Assembly (NCBI GenBank): GCA_005789325.1
Contig: SXYE01000052.1
Coordinates: forward strand, 1-52,228
Length of the DNA stretch: 52,228 nt
DNA from: Actinomycetota bacterium
GTDB lineage: Bacteria > Actinomycetota > Actinomycetes > S36-B12 > UBA5976
Direction of reading: 5' to 3'
Shown: piece after piece, positions 29,943-37,790 of the stretch
How positions within the stretch are numbered: the stretch's first letter is position 1
Layout: each line of letters begins with the position of its first letter
Program-made: the position numbers and the translations under genes
Notes under the pieces: model-generated
Seen by the model: the letters and a program-made list of their open reading frames with translations, nothing else
What the model was told of the DNA's origin: nothing
Databases searched by the model: none

Positions 29943-30701
29943 TTGGGTAAGTTTGGCGCCTTTCGAATTTTGGTTTATCGAGATTTACAAATTAGATATG
30001 CCGGAACCTGGCTAGGTTATTTATGGACGTTACTTGACCCATTAGCGATGTCAGCAATTTATTGGTTTGTTTTTTCATACATCGTTGGAGCAAAATCACT
30101 TGGTGAACAACCATACATTTTGTTCTTGTTAACCGGAATCCTTTCTTGGACTTGGTTTAATGGTGCGGTAACTGATTCAGCTAGATCTCTTGTCGTGGAA
30201 AGTAAAATGGTTCGTTCAATTGCCATACCTAGATATTTGTGGGTAATAAAAAGTATTGGCGCTAAAGGAACCGAGTTTTTGTTTGCGCTTCCAATTTTGA
30301 TACTTATAACAATAATCTTTCAGGCCAAAATTTCTGCCGCGTTACTTTTCATTCCATTAGCTTTTGTCGTTCAGTTCCTATTACTTTCAGGAATTGGATT
30401 AATTTTGGCCCCACTCACAGTTCTAGCTAGAGACACCACAAATATTTTAAGAATACTTTTGCGAATGATGTTTTACTTAACTCCAATTATTTATGGTTTG
30501 TCTGATATTCCTGAAAACTTGCGAACAATTGCTTATTTAAATCCTATGACTGGAATCATCTCGATGTATCGAGCCGGATTCTGGAACGATCCAAATCTGA
30601 TCACACCAGTATTTTTCTCAATTGTTATATCTTTAGCGGTCTTTATAGTTGGAGTTGTCTTCTTCAAAAAAGTTGAGCGCTCAGTTTTGAAGGAAGTATA
30701 A
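29943..30701 (+). CDS. ABC-2-type polysaccharide/teichoic-acid export permease (Wzm/TagG-like)
   Basis: YRDLQIRYAGTWLGYLWTLLDPL signature and 6 TM. TTG start 11 nt after GGAGGA; an in-frame TAA at 29919 limits the ORF. Confidence 0.85.
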   Translation: MGKFGAFRILVYRDLQIRYAGTWLGYLWTLLDPLAMSAIYWFVFSYIVGAKSLGEQPYILFLLTGILSWTWFNGAVTDSARSLVVESKMVRSIAIPRYLWVIKSIGAKGTEFLFALPILILITIIFQAKISAALLFIPLAFVVQFLLLSGIGLILAPLTVLARDTTNILRILLRMMFYLTPIIYGLSDIPENLRTIAYLNPMTGIISMYRAGFWNDPNLITPVFFSIVISLAVFIVGVVFFKKVERSVLKEV

Positions 30702-30702
30702 A

Positions 30703-31446
30703 ATGACTGTAGCAATTAGTGTAAAAGATATTGGCGTAAGTTTTAGACGCAATAGAAAAAGAAATTTTTCGATTAGAGAAATGCTTTTACAACAAAAGAA
30801 CACATCTCCTAAAGGAGATTTTTGGGCATTAAGAAACATTAACTTTGAAATAAACGCTGGTGAAGCTGTTGGATTGATGGGAGCAAATGGTCAAGGTAAA
30901 AGTACTCTTCTTCGACTTATTGCTGGTGTTTTATTACCCGATGAAGGTTCGGTAACAGTTAATGGTGGAGTAGCACCTTTAATTGAATTAACCGGTGGCT
31001 TAAAAAGTGATTTAACTGCGCGTGACAACATTGCTTTAGTTGCAGGTCTTCACGGATTGAGTCGAAGTGAAGTAAGAAAAAGATTTGACAGCATTGTGGA
31101 ATTTGCTGAAATTGGAGATTTTCTTGACACCCCAGTAAGACATTTTTCAAGTGGTATGAAAATTCGCCTCGGATTTTCCATAGTGACTTCAATTGATGAA
31201 CCCATAATTTTGGTTGATGAAGCATTAGCTGTGGGAGATGCCGCATTCAAGGAAAAATGTTACATAAGAATGAAAGATTTGCTTAACCAAGGAAAAACAC
31301 TTTTTCTTGTTTCTCATAAAGAAAAAGATCTTAAAGAGTTTTGTACTAGAGGTCTTTATTTAAAGAATGGAACATTAGCAGTTGATGGGACCTTGAGCCA
31401 GGCATTGAATGCCTATCACAATGATTCAGGAGTATTTGATGACTAA
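30703..31446 (+). CDS. ABC polysaccharide/teichoic-acid export ATPase (short Wzt/TagH-like, no C-terminal carbohydrate-binding domain)
   Basis: Walker A GANGQGKST, signature FSSGMKIRL, Walker B ILVDEAL. 247 aa. 1-nt gap after the permease gene. Confidence 0.9.
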   Translation: MTVAISVKDIGVSFRRNRKRNFSIREMLLQQKNTSPKGDFWALRNINFEINAGEAVGLMGANGQGKSTLLRLIAGVLLPDEGSVTVNGGVAPLIELTGGLKSDLTARDNIALVAGLHGLSRSEVRKRFDSIVEFAEIGDFLDTPVRHFSSGMKIRLGFSIVTSIDEPIILVDEALAVGDAAFKEKCYIRMKDLLNQGKTLFLVSHKEKDLKEFCTRGLYLKNGTLAVDGTLSQALNAYHNDSGVFDD

Positions 31447-32194
31447 TTATTCGATTCAACAAATAAAAAGTGTGGGACAACCACCTGAAGTATTAAATCG
31501 AAGAGTTGCAGAACATTGGTCTGGGCCGCTATATATGAGAAAAATCTCTCCTTACGTTTCAAAAGTTTTATTAAAATTGGGCATTAGCCCAACTCTTGTT
31601 ACTTGGCTAATGGTTTTATCTGGCTGGTTAGCAGCAGCAAGTGTTATTAGAACTGGTTTAAGTGGTGTGATTCTGGCAGTTGTTTTTGCTCAATTACAAA
31701 TGCTTTTTGATTGCTGCGATGGGGAAATGGCTCGCGTAACAGCAAAATTCAATCCAGCAGGAATATTTATTGATCGTTTTGGCCATTATTCAACCGAAGC
31801 TCTCTTAGCAATAGCTTTAGGAGTCAGAGTATTTCTTGAAAATGACAATGTCTCAGCAATTATCTTTGGACTTATTTTTGCCTTATTAATTACTTTCAAT
31901 AAAGTTTTTAATGACATGGTTCATGTGGCAAGAAGTTTCTCTAACTTGGCAAAACTTTCAGAAGATAAGTCAGTTGCTGTTCCTCGCAACAAAATTATTG
32001 CGCTAATTAGATCTCTATTTAGATTTTTTCCAATTCACAAGATCTATCACTCAGTTGAACTAAGTATCATTTTCTTGTTAGCAGCTATTTTTGATTTCTT
32101 ATCAGAAACTCTTATTCTCTTAACTCTGGCAGCAGCTATTACAGTCATTGGCCATTTAGTTGCAATTCTTACCTCTTCTCGCCTTCGCGCCTAA
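31439..32194 (+). CDS. CDP-alcohol phosphatidyltransferase-family membrane enzyme (variant motif)
   Basis: DCCDGEMAR-x8-G-IFI-D-RFG-H (nt 31709-31786), that is D-x2-D-G-x2-A-R-x8-G-x3-D-x3-H. Multiple TM helices. I prefer the ATG at 31439 (GGAG 7 nt upstream) over the ORF-track start at 31409. Confidence 0.8.
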   Translation: MTNYSIQQIKSVGQPPEVLNRRVAEHWSGPLYMRKISPYVSKVLLKLGISPTLVTWLMVLSGWLAAASVIRTGLSGVILAVVFAQLQMLFDCCDGEMARVTAKFNPAGIFIDRFGHYSTEALLAIALGVRVFLENDNVSAIIFGLIFALLITFNKVFNDMVHVARSFSNLAKLSEDKSVAVPRNKIIALIRSLFRFFPIHKIYHSVELSIIFLLAAIFDFLSETLILLTLAAAITVIGHLVAILTSSRLRA

Positions 32195-32197
32195 ATC

Positions 32198-33076
32198 ATG
32201 AACGACTTAAAGCCAACTTTTGGTTGTGTTGTTCTTACGCAGGGTGATCGTCCTGCTCAATTAAAAGCGGCAATTTCTTCCTTACTGGGACAAATAGACG
32301 TCCAAGTTGATGTTGTGGTGGTGGGAAATGGGTGGCAACCAAAATCTTTACCAGCCGGTGTTAAAAGTGTGCACATCAAAGAAAATTTAGGGATACCTGC
32401 TGGAAGAAATGCTGGTGTTTACAACGTTGAAGGTGACTTACTTTTCTTTCTAGATGACGACGTTGTTTTGGAAGATGTGGATACGCTTTCTCGAATCTAT
32501 AAAAAATTTATTAGTAATCCAAAAGTTGCTTTAATTCAACCTCAACCAAAAGATCCAAATGGCTTGCCAACTCCGCGCAGATGGATTCCTCGTCTAAACA
32601 CAAAAAATCCTGACAGATCATCACACATGTTTGCCTTATGGGAAGGTGCAACAACTGTTAGACGAGATGTTTTTCAACAAGTAGGAATGTGGCCATATGA
32701 ATTTTTCTATGGACATGAAGGTGTTGACTTAGTTTGGAGAATTTGGGACGCAGGTTTTAAATGTTGGTATGCCGGTGATGTGATTGTTAGCCATCCTGCA
32801 GTTGAACCTGAAACAAGACATAAAATTTATTATCAGTATCAAGCTAGAAATAGAGTTTTATTAGCTAGAAGAAATCTTCCAGGTTTTATTTCATTTGTTT
32901 ATTTACTTAATTGGAAATTGATCTCCCTGATTCGTTTGAGGAAAAACAAAGAAGCAATAAAGGAATTCAAACTTGGTTGGGAAGACGGCAAGATAGTTGA
33001 ATTATTTGAACACAAAAAAATGACATGGACCACTGTTATAAAGATGACTTTATTTCTAAGACCACCAATTATTTAA
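32198..33076 (+). CDS. family-2 glycosyltransferase
   Basis: GT-A fold features: CVVLTQGDRP, VVVGNG, ENLGIPAGRN, FFLDDDVVL (the DxD region). 292 aa. Confidence 0.75.
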   Translation: MNDLKPTFGCVVLTQGDRPAQLKAAISSLLGQIDVQVDVVVVGNGWQPKSLPAGVKSVHIKENLGIPAGRNAGVYNVEGDLLFFLDDDVVLEDVDTLSRIYKKFISNPKVALIQPQPKDPNGLPTPRRWIPRLNTKNPDRSSHMFALWEGATTVRRDVFQQVGMWPYEFFYGHEGVDLVWRIWDAGFKCWYAGDVIVSHPAVEPETRHKIYYQYQARNRVLLARRNLPGFISFVYLLNWKLISLIRLRKNKEAIKEFKLGWEDGKIVELFEHKKMTWTTVIKMTLFLRPPII

Positions 33077-34509
33077 GGTAGCGGGCAAAACAATCCGGTT
33101 TGCGGTGCAGCAATTGCACTTGGTGACGGAGCTGGTGCAGGTGATGTTTGAGTTGGTGTTTGAATCTCAACTGGTGCTGCCGGGGCTGTCCAACTTTGTG
33201 GTGCATTATTGCCAAGAATTACTGCAACATCAGCTCCCGCTAATTCTGGATCTTCCGCAATGTTAGAAATTCCAAGAAGTTGTCCAATTAATTGTGCTTT
33301 TAATGCATTGCCACTGGTGTGCACAATTACACTTTCGGCAGTGTCTTTGTTTGGAGCATTGCCAACTTCTGCAACATTTACTCCTTGAGCTTTTAGAAAG
33401 TCACTTGTTAAAGCTGCAAATCCTGCACGCCTAGTTCCATTTAAGACAATTGCAGATACATCACTTGGTTTAACAACAATGTTTTCAGTTTCAGTACTTG
33501 GTGCAGTGGTTTCAACCACAGCAACTTCACTTGGTGGCCAGCCTGTGTCATTAATAATTGCACTCCACAATTCATTTGCAGATTCAGTCCACTGCACATG
33601 ATTACCATCTGGTGTTCCCTCATAAGGAACAGTCACAAATGAAACATTTTGTGATCCCATACTGGAAAGACTTGTGGAAAGTGTTACTAAAGAATCTAAA
33701 TCAGATAGACCGGGATCCATTCTTAAAGAAGAGGTTGCTGCATTTAATACTTTGTATAACGCAGGAAGATCCGTTATCAAATTCATCTCTGTAATTTGAT
33801 CAATCGTGATCGAGATTAATTCTTGCTGTCTTTCTATTCTTCTTAAATCACTTCCATCAGCTAATGAATATCTAGCACGCATGAGCCCTAACGCATTTTT
33901 ACCATCTACAACTTGAACACCTGCTGGTAATTGAATACCTGCACCATTTTCTACTGGTTCATCTATTGCTTCAGTTAAACAAACTTTTATTCCACCTAAG
34001 GCGTCTACAACATTTGAAAATCCAATGAAGTCAACTATCACAGCATGGTTAATAGTTACACCTGTAAGAGTTTCAAGTGTTTTTACTGTGCAAGCCGGTC
34101 CTGCTGAGGCAAAAGCTGAGTTAAATAAATCAGTTCTTTCAGCAACAGTGGTGCCGTCTTCTTTAGTACAAGCTGGAATGTTAACTACTGAATCTCTAGG
34201 AATACTTACAGCAATTGCACTCTTTCTATCATTTGATAAGTGAATAAGAATTGTGGTGTCACTTCTTCCTGTCCCACCGTATGCAACTTCGCTTCCAAAA
34301 CCACCACCTTGATCAGTTCTGGTGTCGGTTCCCATTAACAAAATATTTAGTGGACCTGTTTCTGCAACTGGTTTTGGTGAAGAAATAACTTCCAAGGCTT
34401 CTATGTTTCCGGCCAAATTTCGTGCCGCAAAACCAAAAATTCCTGCCACGGAGGCAACGAGCAGAATTACACCAGAGGTTATGGCAACAATCAGGCGAAA
34501 ACGGCTCAC
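33073..34509 (-). CDS. LCP-family glycopolymer ligase with C-terminal LytR_C-like domain and Pro/Ala-rich tail
   Basis: TM anchor, ILLMGTDTRTD, SIPRDS, SDLRRIERQQEL. The second domain (SAIVLNGTRRAGFA...) resembles LytR_C. 478 aa. Confidence 0.85.
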   Translation of the reverse strand: MSRFRLIVAITSGVILLVASVAGIFGFAARNLAGNIEALEVISSPKPVAETGPLNILLMGTDTRTDQGGGFGSEVAYGGTGRSDTTILIHLSNDRKSAIAVSIPRDSVVNIPACTKEDGTTVAERTDLFNSAFASAGPACTVKTLETLTGVTINHAVIVDFIGFSNVVDALGGIKVCLTEAIDEPVENGAGIQLPAGVQVVDGKNALGLMRARYSLADGSDLRRIERQQELISITIDQITEMNLITDLPALYKVLNAATSSLRMDPGLSDLDSLVTLSTSLSSMGSQNVSFVTVPYEGTPDGNHVQWTESANELWSAIINDTGWPPSEVAVVETTAPSTETENIVVKPSDVSAIVLNGTRRAGFAALTSDFLKAQGVNVAEVGNAPNKDTAESVIVHTSGNALKAQLIGQLLGISNIAEDPELAGADVAVILGNNAPQSWTAPAAPVEIQTPTQTSPAPAPSPSAIAAPQTGLFCPLP

Positions 34510-34663
34510 AGCATTTTTCCCATCGGATTACGTGTCATTTGCCCCACTTTTAAAGATAGTGACCAAAATCCACACTTGCCAAGGTGTATTCCTCATGAAC
34601 ACTACCTATTAAGGGGTGAGTCAGGGCTGTTCGACTTGGGTCTTTACGCCTATCGTTTGAAGC

Positions 34664-35692
34664 ATGACAAAAACATTAAAACTCATCGCTCTAGCCTCAG
34701 TAGCAACATTCGCACTTTCTGCCTGCGGTGGAAACACATCCTCTCAACCTGAACCAACACCTGAAGTCACTGAAACAGCCAAAGTGGGTTTTAGCCCAAT
34801 CTCTGGTTTACCAGGTGGAAGTGGTGGACCCATAGCTGTTGTAAAAATTGACAACGTAAATCCAGCCAGACCGCAATGGGGTCTATCTGCTGCCGACATG
34901 GTTTTTGTAGAAGAAGTTGAAGCAGGATTAACAAGAATCGCTGCTGTTTATAACTCTTCAATGCCAAATAAAGTTGGTCCTGTTAGATCAGCACGTATTT
35001 CTGATTTAGAAATCATGGAACAATTTGGTACACCCGCATTTGCATTTAGTGGTGCTCAACAAAAATTCTTACCACTAATTGACCAAGCTAATTTGATTAA
35101 TGCTAGCCATGGATTAAATGGAAAGTTTTATACCCGACAAACAGATAAAAATGCTCCGCACAATTTAACTGTTGATTTGGGTGCATTAGTTTCATCTTTA
35201 ACTGGCATAAGTGGTGCTAAAGATATGGGTTGGACATTTTCAGATGTTCCAGCAACCGGTGGCACAACTACCAATTCATTCTCAGCTAAATGGCCAGCAT
35301 CCAGAGTAGGTGCGCAATGGGATGGCACAAACAATGCCTGGGTTATTGCACTAGACAATGAACCAGCATCAGATGCTGTTACCAATCAACCAATGTTTGC
35401 AAAAAACATCATTGTTCAATACGTTGAGCAATTAGCTGATTCTGGTTTTCAAGATAAGAGTGGAAACAAAACTCCATTGATTCAATCTGTTGGATCAGGT
35501 GAAGCAATTTTGATGAGAGATGGTCAAAGATTTGAAGCCACTTGGTCAAGACCAATGGCAACAAGTCCAACTTCTTACACAGTTGGAGCAACTAGTCATG
35601 TATTTGCTCCAGGACAAACTTGGGTGCTTTTTGTGCCAAAGACTTATCCTGTGACATTTGATCCCGAAACTTCTCCAACCCCTGGTTCATAA
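34664..35692 (+). CDS. DUF3048-family (YerB-like) lipoprotein
   Basis: Lipobox FALSAC. VVKIDNVNPARPQWGLSAADMVFVEEVEAGLTRIAAVY matches the DUF3048 core as I remember it. Confidence 0.7.
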   Translation: MTKTLKLIALASVATFALSACGGNTSSQPEPTPEVTETAKVGFSPISGLPGGSGGPIAVVKIDNVNPARPQWGLSAADMVFVEEVEAGLTRIAAVYNSSMPNKVGPVRSARISDLEIMEQFGTPAFAFSGAQQKFLPLIDQANLINASHGLNGKFYTRQTDKNAPHNLTVDLGALVSSLTGISGAKDMGWTFSDVPATGGTTTNSFSAKWPASRVGAQWDGTNNAWVIALDNEPASDAVTNQPMFAKNIIVQYVEQLADSGFQDKSGNKTPLIQSVGSGEAILMRDGQRFEATWSRPMATSPTSYTVGATSHVFAPGQTWVLFVPKTYPVTFDPETSPTPGS

Positions 35693-35697
35693 TTAGT

Positions 35698-35720
35698 TTT
35701 ATTTATTAAACATAAATAAA
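35698..35720. other. A/T-only perfect 9-bp inverted repeat between the DUF3048 gene and manC
   Basis: TTTATTTAT(35698-35706)-TAAAC-ATAAATAAA(35712-35720). A weak stem with no downstream T-run. Function unknown. Confidence 0.2.
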
Positions 35721-35735
35721 GGCTAAGAGGTTTGA

Positions 35736-36836
35736 ATGACTGAAGCAATTCTGCTAGTCGGGGGTTTTGGTACCCGACTAAAGCCTTTAACCATTCACAC
35801 ACCAAAACCCATGTTGGAAGTTGCGGGATATCCGGTGACAGCACATCAAATATCAAAAGCAAAAGTTGCGGGCATAAATCACATTGTGCTGGGCACAGCG
35901 TTTAAAGCCGAAGTTTTTCGCGAAGGTTTAGCAGATGGTTCCAAACTGGGTGTGAAAATTAGTTATGCCTATGAACCAGTTCAACTTGGTACAGGCGGGG
36001 GAATTAGAAACGCTGCTGAATTATTGACCTGTGGACCAGAAGATCCAGTCGTTGTTTTCAATGGAGATGTCTTAACAGGAGTAGACATAATTAAAGTTTT
36101 GCAGGTATGGAAAGAAAAGAAAGCAGATGTTGCAATCTATTTGACAAAAGTTGATAACCCAGCAGCATATGGCTTAGTTCCAACAGATGAAGAAGGAAAT
36201 GTTTTAGCTTTTCTAGAAAAACCTGAACGTAAAGAAGATATTGTCACAGATCAAATCAATGCTGGCATGTATGTATTCAAAAGAAAAATAATTGACACTA
36301 TTGCTACAGGCAGAGTTGTATCAGTAGAGCGAGAAGTTTTTCCCGATTTATTAAAAGCAGGATTTAAAGTAATTGGGGTTGTTGATCAAAGTTACTGGTT
36401 AGATTTAGGAACACCTAAAGCATTTGTCCAAGGCTCAAGTGATTTAGTTTTAGGCAACATTAAAACAGGATTACTGAATTCTTTTGGAGATAAATTAGTT
36501 TTAGCTGGGGCAAAAGTTTCACCAACTGCCCAAATTAGTCTAGGTTCTGTAATTGGGAAGAATTCAAACATTGAAGATGATTGCGAGATAATTAATTCCG
36601 TTATTTTGGATGAAGTAACAGTGGGGAAAAAGTCTGTTATTGAATCAAGCATCATTGCAAGGGGTGCAAAAATTGGTGAAGGTTGCGTTATAAAAAATTC
36701 GGTGGTAGCCGATTTTGTGGAATTAGCACCAGGATCTGTTTTATTAAACGATTCACGGATTTGGCCAGATCAAAAAGTGGCAAAAATTGAATTAAATAAT
36801 CAAACAATTCCTACAAATCCTGACTGGGGTAATTAA
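35736..36836 (+). CDS. manC: NDP-sugar pyrophosphorylase, probable mannose-1-phosphate guanylyltransferase
   Basis: LVGGFGTRLKPLT nucleotidyltransferase motif plus a C-terminal left-handed beta-helix repeat region. Syntenic with the mycobacterial GDP-mannose pyrophosphorylase gene next to whiB2 (from memory). Sugar specificity is inferred. Confidence 0.75.
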   Translation: MTEAILLVGGFGTRLKPLTIHTPKPMLEVAGYPVTAHQISKAKVAGINHIVLGTAFKAEVFREGLADGSKLGVKISYAYEPVQLGTGGGIRNAAELLTCGPEDPVVVFNGDVLTGVDIIKVLQVWKEKKADVAIYLTKVDNPAAYGLVPTDEEGNVLAFLEKPERKEDIVTDQINAGMYVFKRKIIDTIATGRVVSVEREVFPDLLKAGFKVIGVVDQSYWLDLGTPKAFVQGSSDLVLGNIKTGLLNSFGDKLVLAGAKVSPTAQISLGSVIGKNSNIEDDCEIINSVILDEVTVGKKSVIESSIIARGAKIGEGCVIKNSVVADFVELAPGSVLLNDSRIWPDQKVAKIELNNQTIPTNPDWGN

Positions 36837-36840
36837 CTAC

Positions 36841-36890
36841 ATTTTGAGTGAAAAGTAGTGAAAAGTACTCAAAATCGGACTTTTTTGGCT
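36841..36890 (+). terminator. tandem 10-bp repeat forming alternative A/U-rich hairpins, followed by T6; possible manC terminator or attenuator-like element
   Basis: ATTTTGAGT(36841-49) pairs with ACTCAAAAT(36867-75). The loop holds AGTGAAAAGT twice in tandem (36848-36867). Either AAAAGT copy can alternatively pair with ACTTTT (36879-84), which runs into TTTTTT. Confidence 0.3.
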
Positions 36891-36928
36891 AAAAACTTAA
36901 AAAAAATAGAAAAAGATGCCTGAAACAC

Positions 36929-36958
36929 TTGACCTACCCCTAGTTACAAGCGTGTAAT
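36929..36958 (+). promoter_or_regulatory. candidate sigma-70-type promoter for whiB2 (TTGACC-N18-TGTAAT)
   Basis: TTGACC at 36929-34 and TGTAAT at 36953-58. The predicted 5' UTR would start near a 6-bp hairpin AGGTAG-TTTT-CTACCT (36965-80). By-eye match only. Confidence 0.3.
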
Positions 36959-37024
36959 TCGTTCAGGTAGTTTTCTACCTAGTGCAGAAATGAACTTTCG
37001 GTGCACGATTTTGGGGGTTTTTAA

Positions 37025-37291
37025 TTGTCCGACTTCACGGGCCTCAGTCTTGTTTCAAGCGATAGTGAGCCAGCAGGCTGGCAAGAAAAAGCACTATGTG
37101 CTCAAACAGATCCTGAAGCCTTTTTCCCTGAGAAGGGCGGATCCACACGCGAAGCTAAAAGAGTTTGTTCTTCGTGTGAGGTTAGAGCTGAATGTCTTGA
37201 ATACGCATTAGAAAATGATGAACGCTTTGGTATTTGGGGTGGATTGTCTGAGCGAGAACGTCGCCGGATGAGACGCTCACAAGCAATGTAA
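37025..37291 (+). CDS. whiB2: WhiB-family Fe-S transcription factor (WhiB2/WhiB-like)
   Basis: C-x22-C-x2-C-x5-C cluster (CAQTDPEAFFPEKGGSTREAKRVCSSCEVRAECLEYAL) and GIWGGLSERERRR. TTG is the only available start (in-frame TAA at 37022-24), with GGGGG 7 nt upstream. Confidence 0.9.
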   Translation: MSDFTGLSLVSSDSEPAGWQEKALCAQTDPEAFFPEKGGSTREAKRVCSSCEVRAECLEYALENDERFGIWGGLSERERRRMRRSQAM

Positions 37292-37397
37292 TTTCTCTAC
37301 ATTTTCTAACAGCAGTATCAAGCATTAACTGGTGTATATATAAGTATCAGGCGCGTCTACCTGTCACTTTCGTAACAAATTCACTAGCGTATTGAGC

Positions 37398-37754
37398 ATG
37401 GCATATTTAAGAAAATGCACCAGGCTCTCCTGCGGCAAATTAGCTGTGGCAACCCTGACATATGTGTATGCCGATTCCACTGCAGTGCTTGGACCATTGG
37501 CCAGCATTGCTGAACCTCATTGTTATGACTTATGCGAAACTCATGCTCGCAAACTCACCGCACCTAGAGGTTGGGAAATTGTCCGACTTGAAAGTGAACC
37601 GCAACATTTCATTCCCTCCCAGGATGATTTATTAGCTCTTGCCAACGCGGTTAGGGAAGCAGCAAGACCTCAACCCGATGTTTGGTCTGAGCCATCATTT
37701 GCCAACGACTATGCCAACCGCAGTCATTTGCGCATAGTGCGTGACGAAAATTAA
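37398..37754 (+). CDS. DUF3499-family protein
   Basis: CTRLSCGKLAVATLTYVYADSTAVLGPLA...YDLCETHARKLTAPRGWEIVR matches the DUF3499 pattern. ATG at 37398; the ORF-track start is a TTG at 37392. Confidence 0.75.
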   Translation: MAYLRKCTRLSCGKLAVATLTYVYADSTAVLGPLASIAEPHCYDLCETHARKLTAPRGWEIVRLESEPQHFIPSQDDLLALANAVREAARPQPDVWSEPSFANDYANRSHLRIVRDEN

Positions 37755-37790
37755 TTAAACTACTTCTTCTCTACTAGTCTTTGAACTCTT

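Noticed and set aside
36990-37211. 73-aa ATG-initiated ORF overlapping the whiB2 region in another frame
   Set aside because: The WhiB frame encodes the full Cys4 cluster and the GIWGG turn. The alternative frame yields a basic, motif-less peptide. It may at most act as a leader uORF, and I have no evidence for that.
37314-37351. Direct repeat AGTATCA(A/G)G at 37314 and 37343 between whiB2 and the DUF3499 gene
   Set aside because: A 7-8-nt repeat in a 100-nt gap is near chance expectation, and there is no supporting context.
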